Positions 45,163-53,891 of a stretch of DNA of 64,000 bases are shown here, in pieces. Made by a program: the position numbers and the translations under genes. Origin of the DNA: Bacteroidia bacterium (lineage in GTDB: Bacteria; Bacteroidota; Bacteroidia; J057). Position 1 is the first letter of the stretch. Each line of letters starts with the position of its first letter. A model generated the notes under the pieces. It did not search any database. It was not told the DNA's origin and worked only from the letters and a program-made list of their open reading frames with translations. The stretch lies in assembly GCA_045106685.1 (NCBI GenBank), contig JBGCFB010000148.1, positions 518-64,517 of the forward strand, in the 5' to 3' direction.

Positions 45163-45511
45163 GCTTGGGAATTATGGTTTAAAAATGACACAGAAAAATG
45201 CCCTAGGATAGTTTAATTATAATTTTGGGCTAAAAATAAGAGAATTAAGCGTGTTTTTTTGATTCGTTTTGTAGACTTTACTTTGAACATATTTGTACTG
45301 TCGATTTAAAAACGACGCGTTCTTTGTCAAGCTTACTAAAATACTTCTAGGAATAAAAATATAAATACGTCATGGTAAATAAGCAATAGGGCTTTTTACG
45401 CACGTATTTGTTTTATAGAGAGGAATAATGCGCTTTTTTTTGATTCAAAAAGTACAGTCAAATCGTCCGTACTTGCGGTCATAATCAAAAAAGCAAACTA
45501 AATCCAATCTT

Positions 45512-46192
45512 ATGAAACTGCTTCAAACAACCAAAAAGCTCCTCCCTATTGCTTTAATGCTTTGTTTCGCAGTCTTGACTAGTCTTGTCAGCGCACAAAC
45601 CACTGAGCAAGTTTCCTTCAAAATCAATTTTGATTCACAAGGACAACAGGTAAATGAGTTGACAGCTAGAGTGGAATTGACAGATGGAGTCTTTGACCCT
45701 TCCGAACCAGTGAATGTTAAAACTGATAGTTCTTGGTCTCTCACTCCTGATAATTACACTACTTCAGTTTCTTCAGTAAATGAAGAAGGTTCACTCATTG
45801 ATATCAAGTTTATCATTGATGGTTCGAAATCAGGTTCTGGCCATGTGGCCGAGGTGATGATAGGACTGGTTATTATTCTTGATGATTTCACTACAAAAAA
45901 GGAAACCTCAGCTGCTGAAGTTATCGATGTCCAGGCAAAAGTTGCCGTTCCTACCAAAGAAGTATCTCCGGAAATAACAGTATATCCTAATCCTGCTACC
46001 AATCGTGTCGAATGGAAAGGTGCAGCAAATGAGAAGGCTATAGTTCAGGTTATCAGCCCAAATGGCAAAACCCAGACAATTGTATGGGAAGCAGGAAAAG
46101 CGCTAGACGTGAGTACTTGGGCCCGCGGTCTTTATATCCTTCGCTTTGTTTCTAACGAGTACACTGTTTCACGTAAGCTTTTCCTCAACTAA
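45512..46192 (+). CDS. Small secreted protein with a T9SS type-A C-terminal sorting domain
   Basis: A signal peptide is followed later by ITVYPNPATNRVEW...VISPNGKTQ...ARGLYILRFVSNEYTVSRKLFLN. Confidence 0.8.
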   Translation: MKLLQTTKKLLPIALMLCFAVLTSLVSAQTTEQVSFKINFDSQGQQVNELTARVELTDGVFDPSEPVNVKTDSSWSLTPDNYTTSVSSVNEEGSLIDIKFIIDGSKSGSGHVAEVMIGLVIILDDFTTKKETSAAEVIDVQAKVAVPTKEVSPEITVYPNPATNRVEWKGAANEKAIVQVISPNGKTQTIVWEAGKALDVSTWARGLYILRFVSNEYTVSRKLFLN

Positions 46193-46208
46193 TAAATTTT
46201 CAAACACT

Positions 46209-46469
46209 ATGCCTTCTAGCATTCTTCAAACTCCCCTTTGGCTCCAGGCTGAGCAAGAGCTTCGCAACCAGTTGATGTCATTCAACGAAGTTGACTCGGA
46301 TGTTTCCAATGTAGACATAGATGCATATACCGATACAACTCTGGGCAGACATGAGGCAGAGTTTGCCCAAAAAGGAATAAAAGCTGCTGCTAGTCTAGGA
46401 GCCGCAAGACATGCTTATACTTTTATAACTGTTTTGCTTACTAGCTCAGTAGCATTCTTAATCTTGTAA
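46209..46469 (+). CDS. Possible tail-anchored small protein (86 aa)
   Basis: ATG 46209 lies 14 nt after the upstream stop. The C-terminal segment YTFITVLLTSSVAFLIL is hydrophobic. There is no family signal. Confidence 0.3.
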   Translation: MPSSILQTPLWLQAEQELRNQLMSFNEVDSDVSNVDIDAYTDTTLGRHEAEFAQKGIKAAASLGAARHAYTFITVLLTSSVAFLIL

Positions 46470-46752
46470 AACATATTCGTTCCAAACAACATAGATGAAT
46501 TATTATATTATTAGCACTATTTCGTTTTAGCTCCTCGATACCGCTTGACTCCCTGGGGTAGGGAGTCAGCGGACGAGGGATTCCCTCAAAAAAAACTCTC
46601 GCTTACAACACGAGAAATCTACATTGCTTTAGTTCTTTTATTATCCTGAAGGTTTTATATTGTATCTCACTGATGGTTTGTCGGTTCTACTTTCTGAGTG
46701 GAACCGGCTTCTTGCTTTTAGCCCTCTGGTGAAACTTGTATGTTTGCATTCT

Positions 46753-47886
46753 ATGTACGCATTTAACCTCCAACATACCGATCCCGAGAGTAGTGCCCGT
46801 GCCGGTGTTATTGAAACTGATCATGGCCCTATCGAGACGCCTATCTTTATGCCAGTGGGTACGGTAGGAACCGTGAAGGCAGTTCGCCAGGAAGCACTCA
46901 AGGATGATATCAAGGCCCAGATAATCCTGGGGAATACTTATCACCTATACCTGAGACCAGGTATGGAAGTGATTGGGGAAGCTGGTGGTTTGCACAAATT
47001 TATGGGCTGGGATAAGCCTATGCTTACCGATAGTGGAGGGTATCAGGTCTATAGCCTCGCGAGTCAGCGTAAGCTTACTGAGGAAGGTGCGTTCTTTAAG
47101 TCTCATATCGATGGAAGCAAGCATATGTTTACGCCTGAAAAGGTCGTCGATATCCAGAGGACTATCGGTTCAAATATTATGATGGTACTGGATGAGTGTC
47201 CTCCGCATCCTTGCGAACATCGTTATGCCAAGGATTCGCTTGCACTTACCATGCGCTGGACTGACAGGGCCATATCCCACTTTAATGCGACTGAGCCCAA
47301 ATATGGTCACAGGCAAGCCCTATTCCCGATTGTACAAGGAGGGACATTTCCTGATCTGCGCAGGCAGGCCTGCGAACAAGTCGCCGAACGTGATATGCCA
47401 GGCAATGCCATTGGTGGGTTAAGTGTCGGTGAGCCAGCAGAACAGATGTATGAAATGACTGAGCTCTGCTGCGGAATTCTTCCTAAGTCAAAACCGCGCT
47501 ACTTGATGGGCGTTGGAACGCCCGAGAATATCCTTGAAAATATCGCGCTAGGCGTCGATATGTTTGATTGTGTGATGCCCACTCGAAATGCTCGCCATGG
47601 CTTGATCTTCACTTCACAAGGAATTCGTAACATGAAAAATGCAAAATATGCAAAGGACTATAGCCCTTTGGATGAGCATAGCACGTTACTTTCTTCTCAG
47701 CAATACTCTAAAGCATATGTTCGTCACTTATTTAAAGCAAATGAATATCTTGGAATGATGCTTACGAGTTTGCATAACCTGCATTTTTACTTGTGGCTCG
47801 TAGGTGAAGCACGTAAGCATATTATTGCCGGGGACTTCATGGCTTGGAAAAACGAAATGATTCCTAATATTACTCGCCGCTTATAA
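46753..47886 (+). CDS. tgt: Queuine tRNA-ribosyltransferase
   Basis: LGNTYHL, TDSGGYQV, VLDECPP, GGLSVGEP and YLMGVGTPE are present. I moved the start to Met32 (ATG 46753, 377 aa). Confidence 0.95.
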   Translation: MYAFNLQHTDPESSARAGVIETDHGPIETPIFMPVGTVGTVKAVRQEALKDDIKAQIILGNTYHLYLRPGMEVIGEAGGLHKFMGWDKPMLTDSGGYQVYSLASQRKLTEEGAFFKSHIDGSKHMFTPEKVVDIQRTIGSNIMMVLDECPPHPCEHRYAKDSLALTMRWTDRAISHFNATEPKYGHRQALFPIVQGGTFPDLRRQACEQVAERDMPGNAIGGLSVGEPAEQMYEMTELCCGILPKSKPRYLMGVGTPENILENIALGVDMFDCVMPTRNARHGLIFTSQGIRNMKNAKYAKDYSPLDEHSTLLSSQQYSKAYVRHLFKANEYLGMMLTSLHNLHFYLWLVGEARKHIIAGDFMAWKNEMIPNITRRL

Positions 47887-47921
47887 CATCAACTGTTCTG
47901 GTTAAAAAGTCCTACTATAAA

Positions 47922-48992
47922 ATGCTAACCTGGCTGGCCCTTACAGAGGACCGGGTAGATCCGTGGTGGTTCAGGTGGAGAAAGCGTAGAGGATGGTTTA
48001 AAAAACTTGAGGTGGAGGCTTATCGTGGGTATGGTACTTCCGAAGAAATACGCTTGCGCGGAAGAGTACTTCGTTTTCGTGGTATCCGACCTCCCAAAAA
48101 AGAGCGAAGTGCTTGGGGGAATTTTAAAAATATGTATCGCAGATTTGGTACAGATGAAATTCCTCATGCAAGACTGCAAGCTATTTTCCAGTCGCAGGTT
48201 ATGGAAACGGTGACCGATGATGAAGGCTATTTTTCTTTTACCATAAAGCCTGAAAACCCTGAATTGGTAGAACCCGGCTGGCAGGAGTTTTCGATATTAA
48301 TGCCGCCTCAACCATTTTTAAATCCAGAGCCTGTTGCGGTTACTGCCAAAGCATTGATTCTGCCTCAAGGGGCTGGTTTTGGCATTATTTCCGACATTGA
48401 TGATACCTTATTAGTGACAGAAGTGCGCAGTAAAGCAAGGATGGTTCAGAATACGTTGTTTGAAAATGCTCTCACACGACGCACCTTTCCAGATACTCCT
48501 GAGCTATATAGAAGGATGCATGCAGCACCTGATGGAACAGGATTTAACCCTGTATTCTACCTTTCATCAAGTCCCTGGAATTTGTATGATTTTCTTGAAA
48601 AATTTATCCAGTTTCAACGGTTTCCAGAAGGTCCGTTGATTTTGCGGGATGTCGGTTTAAGCCGCAAGCACATGCTGGCATCCAGCCATAACACCCATAA
48701 ATCGGCTCATATCAGGGATATTTTAACCTTGTTTGAAAACCTTCCTTTTTTACTTTTTGGAGATAGTGGAGAAAAGGACCCCTATATTTTTGCCAAAGCA
48801 GTAAACGCTTTTCAAGGAAGGATAAGGCATGTATTTATTAGAGATGTAGCAGGGAAAAAGCATAGCGAAGAGATGCAATCCCTGGCACGCGCCTGCCGCC
48901 AACATGGCACAGGCTTCTCTTTTTTTGAACATATAGCAGAAGTTGAAAAAATTGTGAAAGCTGCTGGCTGGTTAGAAGATAATCCTCAATAA
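47922..48992 (+). CDS. App1-like (DUF2183) phosphatidate phosphatase family protein
   Basis: IISDIDDTLLVTEV is a DxDxT motif, and LLFGDSGEKDPYIFAKA is present. Confidence 0.7.
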   Translation: MLTWLALTEDRVDPWWFRWRKRRGWFKKLEVEAYRGYGTSEEIRLRGRVLRFRGIRPPKKERSAWGNFKNMYRRFGTDEIPHARLQAIFQSQVMETVTDDEGYFSFTIKPENPELVEPGWQEFSILMPPQPFLNPEPVAVTAKALILPQGAGFGIISDIDDTLLVTEVRSKARMVQNTLFENALTRRTFPDTPELYRRMHAAPDGTGFNPVFYLSSSPWNLYDFLEKFIQFQRFPEGPLILRDVGLSRKHMLASSHNTHKSAHIRDILTLFENLPFLLFGDSGEKDPYIFAKAVNAFQGRIRHVFIRDVAGKKHSEEMQSLARACRQHGTGFSFFEHIAEVEKIVKAAGWLEDNPQ

Positions 48993-49122
48993 TCATCCTC
49001 GTCCGCTTCTGGCCCAAACTTTGCATGAAATAGTTTCGTGACCTAAAATGTGAGGGAGACGGAACCTTTTTTAGCATGGGGTTTCTGACAATTTTGTAAC
49101 TTGCTAGCTTACGACATTTAAA

Positions 49123-49722
49123 GTGCTTTTCCGAAAAAGACATAACATCAGGCAGCTTTCCGACGAGGATTTGGTGAGCCTATACAAGCGTGAAAAAGAA
49201 CCTAACTATGTGGGTGAACTTTTTGAGCGCTACACTGATTTGGCATTCTTGGTGGCGATGAAATACGTCAAACAAGAAGATAATGCCAAGGACGTTGTCA
49301 TGCAGGTTTTTGAGAAAATGATCAAAGATCTGGCGCGATACGAAGTGCGTAATTTTAAATTTTGGTTCCATACCGTTGTGAAAAATCAGGCTTTAGCCTA
49401 TCTGGAAAAGGAACAACGGAACCAACGCACCATTATCGACATGAAAAACGGAAGTGATCACCTTAACGGGAATCATGAAGAAAAACTTGAAGCAATCCTG
49501 GATGGGGCTGATATCGAAACTGTTCGTATCGCCGAGCTCCCCCAGGCTATTGCCGAGCTTCGCCCCGAGCAGCGAACCTGCATCGAGCTCTTTTATTTGA
49601 AACAACAATCTTATAAAGATATCTCGGACCATACTGGTTTTACGCTGATGCAAGTGAAGAGCTATATCCAAAACGGAAAACGAAATTTGAAAAATACCCT
49701 CAGCCAACTCAACGTAGACTAA
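49123..49722 (+). CDS. ECF-type RNA polymerase sigma-70 family factor
   Basis: Region 2 reads ELFERYTDLAFLVAMKYV...DVVMQVFEKM. Region 4 reads EQRTCIELFYLKQQSYKDISDHTGFTLMQVKSYIQNGKRNLK. The start is GTG. Confidence 0.85.
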   Translation: MLFRKRHNIRQLSDEDLVSLYKREKEPNYVGELFERYTDLAFLVAMKYVKQEDNAKDVVMQVFEKMIKDLARYEVRNFKFWFHTVVKNQALAYLEKEQRNQRTIIDMKNGSDHLNGNHEEKLEAILDGADIETVRIAELPQAIAELRPEQRTCIELFYLKQQSYKDISDHTGFTLMQVKSYIQNGKRNLKNTLSQLNVD

Positions 49723-49728
49723 GCCCCT

Positions 49729-51015
49729 ATGACTAAGACGCACATACAACTCGAACTGGAACGCGCTCCGCTGGAGGTGCTACTACGGTATGTGGAGGGG
49801 AAACTTAGTGCCCCCGAACAGAAAACAATAGAGACCCTCGTGCAGGATAGCCCGGTTTATACCGATGCCCTGGAAGGACTCAAGCATATGGAAAACCCTG
49901 CGCTTGCGCGCAGTATGACAAATGATCTCCGCTTTCGCACACGTAGCTTACTACGCCGGAAAGGAAGGCCAAGAGTAGCGACCCGCAATTTTAACCAATA
50001 CCTTACTGCGGTAGTTGCTGCCGGAGTAGTCCTCTTCGCCGCCGCTTCTGTTATTTATTTTTATAGCAGAAACGATGTGCCAGCAGTGAATATCGCGTCA
50101 GCCGATGGCGAACCAAATCAAGCCGTGACTAGTGCTGAATCAGAGGAAGATAAAAAGCGCCTTCGCCCTTTCCGCCGTACCACGCCTATCGAATATGATG
50201 GCCCTTCGATCACAGAAGATATCATCGCCGATGCGTCTCCCGAGCGCCTTGAAGAAGACAATTTGAGCCTGATGGATGTAGCTATAGAAGAAGTGCCGGT
50301 AAAGCGCTCTACGACTACTGATACGAAGTCCGAAACTGCTGCGCCAGTACCTGGAGCAGCAACTCCAACGCGCGAAACCGTCTACGTTGCACTGCCAAAT
50401 GAGCCTACACTCTCTAATGAGCGTATGGATGAATATGATAGTGCGACTGACCCTAAGGCTGAAGAAATAGCAGAAACGACTGTCGGTGAGTCTGATGATT
50501 TTGCCCAAGCTGAGATAGATAGTAGAGCAACTACAAGTGAAGTTGTTGAAGAAGGAACTGTAATGCTTGATGAGGTCGTAGTGACCAAGCAAGCTGGAAA
50601 AGAGAAAAGGAGAAATGAAAAAGATGTAGTAAACCCTGAAAAAGCATACCTCGAACGCCAAAAGCGTAAAGCCGAGCTTATGAATCAGGGTGAGGTGTTA
50701 TTTAATACTTCCCGCTACGGTGAAGCCGAGAAGGTATTTCTTGAGCTATATACCCTTGATCAGTTAGATCCAAAAACGCAGTATTACCTTGGAAGCACAT
50801 ACTTCTTTCTAGGCAGACCGGCCGAATCTACGATCTATCTTGAGCAAGTCATCCGCGTAAGCAGCGACTTCCTTGAAGAAGGGCAGTGGAGATTGGTGGA
50901 TGCATATTTGGCAGTGAGTAAAAAGAAAGAAGCTGAAAGGCTTTTGAAAAAAATCAGTAAGCAAAACGGAAAATATAAAGACCGTGCTCAAGCTAAATTG
51001 AAAGAAATTCGGTGA
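49729..51015 (+). CDS. Putative anti-sigma factor: N-terminal cytoplasmic domain, one TM segment, an acidic linker and C-terminal TPR-like repeats
   Basis: It starts 6 nt after the sigma gene. The TM segment is YLTAVVAAGVVLFAAASVIYFY. The C-terminus is helical-repeat-like. Confidence 0.6.
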   Translation: MTKTHIQLELERAPLEVLLRYVEGKLSAPEQKTIETLVQDSPVYTDALEGLKHMENPALARSMTNDLRFRTRSLLRRKGRPRVATRNFNQYLTAVVAAGVVLFAAASVIYFYSRNDVPAVNIASADGEPNQAVTSAESEEDKKRLRPFRRTTPIEYDGPSITEDIIADASPERLEEDNLSLMDVAIEEVPVKRSTTTDTKSETAAPVPGAATPTRETVYVALPNEPTLSNERMDEYDSATDPKAEEIAETTVGESDDFAQAEIDSRATTSEVVEEGTVMLDEVVVTKQAGKEKRRNEKDVVNPEKAYLERQKRKAELMNQGEVLFNTSRYGEAEKVFLELYTLDQLDPKTQYYLGSTYFFLGRPAESTIYLEQVIRVSSDFLEEGQWRLVDAYLAVSKKKEAERLLKKISKQNGKYKDRAQAKLKEIR

Positions 51016-51515
51016 GCCAGTTTTTGATAAAAACTCCTCGACTATTCCTTCGTGAGTTTATTGCTGAGGATGCCGAAAGCTTCTATAAACTCAATGCCGA
51101 TATTGAAGTAATTCAATACACAGGCGACCCGCCATTCGCAGATATCGCCGAAGCGAAGTCTTTTATCCGGAATTATAACGCCTATCGCCATACGGGGATG
51201 GGTCGTTGGGCCACAATCGAGGCCGCTACTGGTGATTTTATTGGTTTTTGTGGATTAAAAAAACATGAAGATGGCGAGGTTGACTTAGGCTATCGATTGA
51301 TGAAAAGCACATGGGGAAAAGGCTATGCTACTGAAGCTGCGAAAGCCTGTATTGCTTATGCTTTCGACACACTAGATCTTAATAGTTTGATTGGACGTGT
51401 AGCAAAGAAAAATCTGTCTTCTATCCGCGTATTGGAAAAGTGTGACTTTCATCGAGAAGCGGAAGCGCCTTGCGATGCCTTGCCTGGATGGCGATATCGA
51501 CTTTTTAAGCCTTGA
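51012..51515 (+). CDS. GNAT N-acetyltransferase
   Basis: TPRLFLREFIAEDA...GYRLMKSTWGKGYATEAAKA...NLSSIRVLEKCDF fits GNAT. The GTG start overlaps the upstream stop (GTGA). Confidence 0.85.
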   Translation: MSQFLIKTPRLFLREFIAEDAESFYKLNADIEVIQYTGDPPFADIAEAKSFIRNYNAYRHTGMGRWATIEAATGDFIGFCGLKKHEDGEVDLGYRLMKSTWGKGYATEAAKACIAYAFDTLDLNSLIGRVAKKNLSSIRVLEKCDFHREAEAPCDALPGWRYRLFKP

Positions 51516-51584
51516 TGTCGTTAGACTTTTGTTGCGAGCTTCATGCTAAATTTGGTTACATTTGACGCGTCATTAAATCCCCTT

Positions 51585-52274
51585 ATGCGATACATTCTTA
51601 TCATTTTTTCTTTCCTGATTATTGCGGGTGCCTGCAATCGGGTAAAAGAAGTCATCAAGCCTCATACCGATACTATTTTTCCATTGGAAGTCGGTCAGGA
51701 ATGGACCTATCTTGTTATTGATACTACCTGGTTGGTAGGTAGACGACCAGTGGTGGACGTATACTATAAGCGTGAGCAAATCACCGGAACCAATGTTGAT
51801 CTTGTTGGCCGTGAGGTATTTAGACTTGAGACATTTAGAACGATAGATACCACTGCCGGACTAACCGGATTTGAATCAGAACGTGCGGGATATCTTTACC
51901 GAGGCTCAGAATTTGGTGAGCGATTTTTGAATAATAAGCGGAAAGTGGTCTTGAAGTGGCCAGCTGCTGATGGTGTGCAGTGGAATGGAAATCTCTATGT
52001 AGGAAACCCGATTCACAATGAGCAGTATCGTTATCAAAATGTAGATACCACGGTTTCTGTTTTTGGAACAAATTACGAACAGGCCGTTTGGGTTGCGCAT
52101 AGCCTTCCATCAGATGCTATCAGTACGATTAAAAACCGTGTAGCATATGAAGTATATGCACCTGAAATTGGGCGTATCATAACATTCGATCGCACTGAAG
52201 TGAATGACCAGTCGTCTGCCGATCCGTTTAATGCAGGCGAAAGCTACACGCATATTGAAATGCTCATTCAGTAA
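51585..52274 (+). CDS. Hypothetical lipoprotein
   Basis: I moved the start to ATG 51585 (MRYILIIFSFLIIAGAC-N lipobox). Confidence 0.6.
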   Translation: MRYILIIFSFLIIAGACNRVKEVIKPHTDTIFPLEVGQEWTYLVIDTTWLVGRRPVVDVYYKREQITGTNVDLVGREVFRLETFRTIDTTAGLTGFESERAGYLYRGSEFGERFLNNKRKVVLKWPAADGVQWNGNLYVGNPIHNEQYRYQNVDTTVSVFGTNYEQAVWVAHSLPSDAISTIKNRVAYEVYAPEIGRIITFDRTEVNDQSSADPFNAGESYTHIEMLIQ

Positions 52275-52348
52275 TGAGCAATTAGTCATTTTTAATTAGT
52301 CATAAAGCATGTATAGCCAATGATTAATGATCAATGAAATAATGACGA

Positions 52349-53050
52349 ATGAGCAAATTAGCTAATCAACATACACCGACAATAATCTTTGAGGACAACC
52401 ATCTTCTCATAGTACATAAGCCTCCGGGGATGCTTTCTCAGGGCGATGTTTCGGGTGATTTATGTGTGTTTGAGTGGGCAAAAGCGTATATCAAAAAAGC
52501 TTATAACAAGCCTGGAAACGTGTATGTGGCACTTTTGCATAGACTTGATCGCCCCACAGGCGGCCTTATCGCCCTCGCCAAAACGTCAAAAGCCGCTGGT
52601 CGTATCTCCAAAGATTTTGAACAACGAAAAGTCCAGAAAACATACTACGCGATAACCGAGCAAACCCCGGAAGAGCAGTCTGGAACGCTCGTGCATTTTA
52701 TGAAAAACCTGCCTGGCAAAAATATCATGCGGGCGTATTATAAGCAGCTTCATCAAACCAAAAGAGCTGAACTACATTATCGTGTGTTACAGACAAGGGG
52801 TAATCGCGCCCTCGTGGAAGTAAAGCCGGTTACCGGCCGAAAGCACCAAATCAGAGTGCAACTATCTTCGCTCAACTGTACGATTGTAGGCGATGTCAAA
52901 TACGGCAAGTCCGACTTCAACAAGGATAAGTCTATTTGCTTACTCGCAGGAAAACTCACATTCGAGCATCCGGTTAAAAAAGAGCAAATGACCTTCGTTG
53001 CAAACTGGCCTAAAAACGAAGCCTGGACTGATTTTAAGAATCCTTTATAA
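52349..53050 (+). CDS. RluA-family pseudouridine synthase
   Basis: HRLDRPTGGLIALAK contains the catalytic Asp motif, and GRKHQIRVQL is present. Confidence 0.88.
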   Translation: MSKLANQHTPTIIFEDNHLLIVHKPPGMLSQGDVSGDLCVFEWAKAYIKKAYNKPGNVYVALLHRLDRPTGGLIALAKTSKAAGRISKDFEQRKVQKTYYAITEQTPEEQSGTLVHFMKNLPGKNIMRAYYKQLHQTKRAELHYRVLQTRGNRALVEVKPVTGRKHQIRVQLSSLNCTIVGDVKYGKSDFNKDKSICLLAGKLTFEHPVKKEQMTFVANWPKNEAWTDFKNPL

Positions 53051-53735
53051 GCTCGTTTTGGGCGTCAGAGTGTGAATAAGAAGATTCTCCGCTAAAGCGT
53101 TTCTTTGTGGCGAATGCTCTCAGCATCAGGAAAACAGGCAAAGTCTCCATGTTGCCGTTCGTTCCAGGATACATCTTCTGGCTTTCATATGGAGGATAGG
53201 CTTTCTTTTCTTCCTCATTCATAAAGGCGATCGTTTGTTGGAAAGCCTTTTCCTCATCTCCCAGTTCCAGTTTATAGGTATCGAAAGCTTCTTTGAAGCG
53301 AATGCTCGGGTCCTGCATAACTACTTCCTGTCCTTCAAACGGGTCTCCTCCATGCTGATATAAAGCAGTCATGGCTTCAGTACCTTGTTCATATAATTCG
53401 TTTGACCACTGGATTTCAAATGGTTTGATATGCTTCGTTTTGAATAGCTTTGAAAATTCAGAAATGAGGGTTCCTGCACTTTTAAGCGAGTACAAAAGAA
53501 AATAGCCTTCATCAGCCCCTTTGAAATAAAACCGCCCGAATATCTTTTCCTCAGAGGCTGGCCAACCTATAAATTCGTCTCTGATTAAAAAGCTCTTTTC
53601 TCCAGTATGATATTCTATATGTGCAGCCTCGTGAAGCTGTTTGTAGATAGGCTGACGCTTGAGTTTACAGGTAATCTTTACGAATTGCAGTGCTTCGTCC
53701 TGAGATATCGCGATATGTTTGAGCGTGGATTTCAT
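53034..53735 (-). CDS. Hypothetical cytoplasmic protein (233 aa)
   Basis: The ORF has coding-like composition. It overlaps the convergent pseudouridine synthase gene by 17 nt at the 3' ends. It contains HEAAH, but I recognise no family. Confidence 0.55.
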   Translation of the reverse strand: MKSTLKHIAISQDEALQFVKITCKLKRQPIYKQLHEAAHIEYHTGEKSFLIRDEFIGWPASEEKIFGRFYFKGADEGYFLLYSLKSAGTLISEFSKLFKTKHIKPFEIQWSNELYEQGTEAMTALYQHGGDPFEGQEVVMQDPSIRFKEAFDTYKLELGDEEKAFQQTIAFMNEEEKKAYPPYESQKMYPGTNGNMETLPVFLMLRAFATKKRFSGESSYSHSDAQNELIKDS

Positions 53736-53891
53736 TGTTGATCTGTCTTATACTGAAAGACCTATAAGGGCCTTGGTTGCCTGTGGTGTACTAAAGAGTG
53801 TCAAAGACATTCGCAAAACTACTACTTTTCAATGGAGCGGTATTTTTGCATTTTTGAAGCTTAATTAACAACCATTAACCAATACTATATT

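Noticed and set aside
46541-46600. Possible preQ1 riboswitch upstream of tgt: two hairpins (46541-46572 and 46575-46587) followed by A8 and CUCUCG
   Set aside because: A short stem followed by an A-rich tail superficially recalls preQ1-I, and the gene context is tempting. However, the second hairpin has only a 3-nt loop, too small to hold the ligand-binding loop or to form the pseudoknot with the tail. Also, tgt is not a typical preQ1-regulated gene. A scan with the Rfam PreQ1 model (RF00522) would settle it.
53595-53610. HEAAH (HExxH) motif in the 233-aa hypothetical protein as evidence for a zinc metalloprotease
   Set aside because: It is a single pentapeptide near the N-terminus of a protein with no signal peptide. 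I see no recognisable third-ligand or Met-turn context, which is too weak to call.
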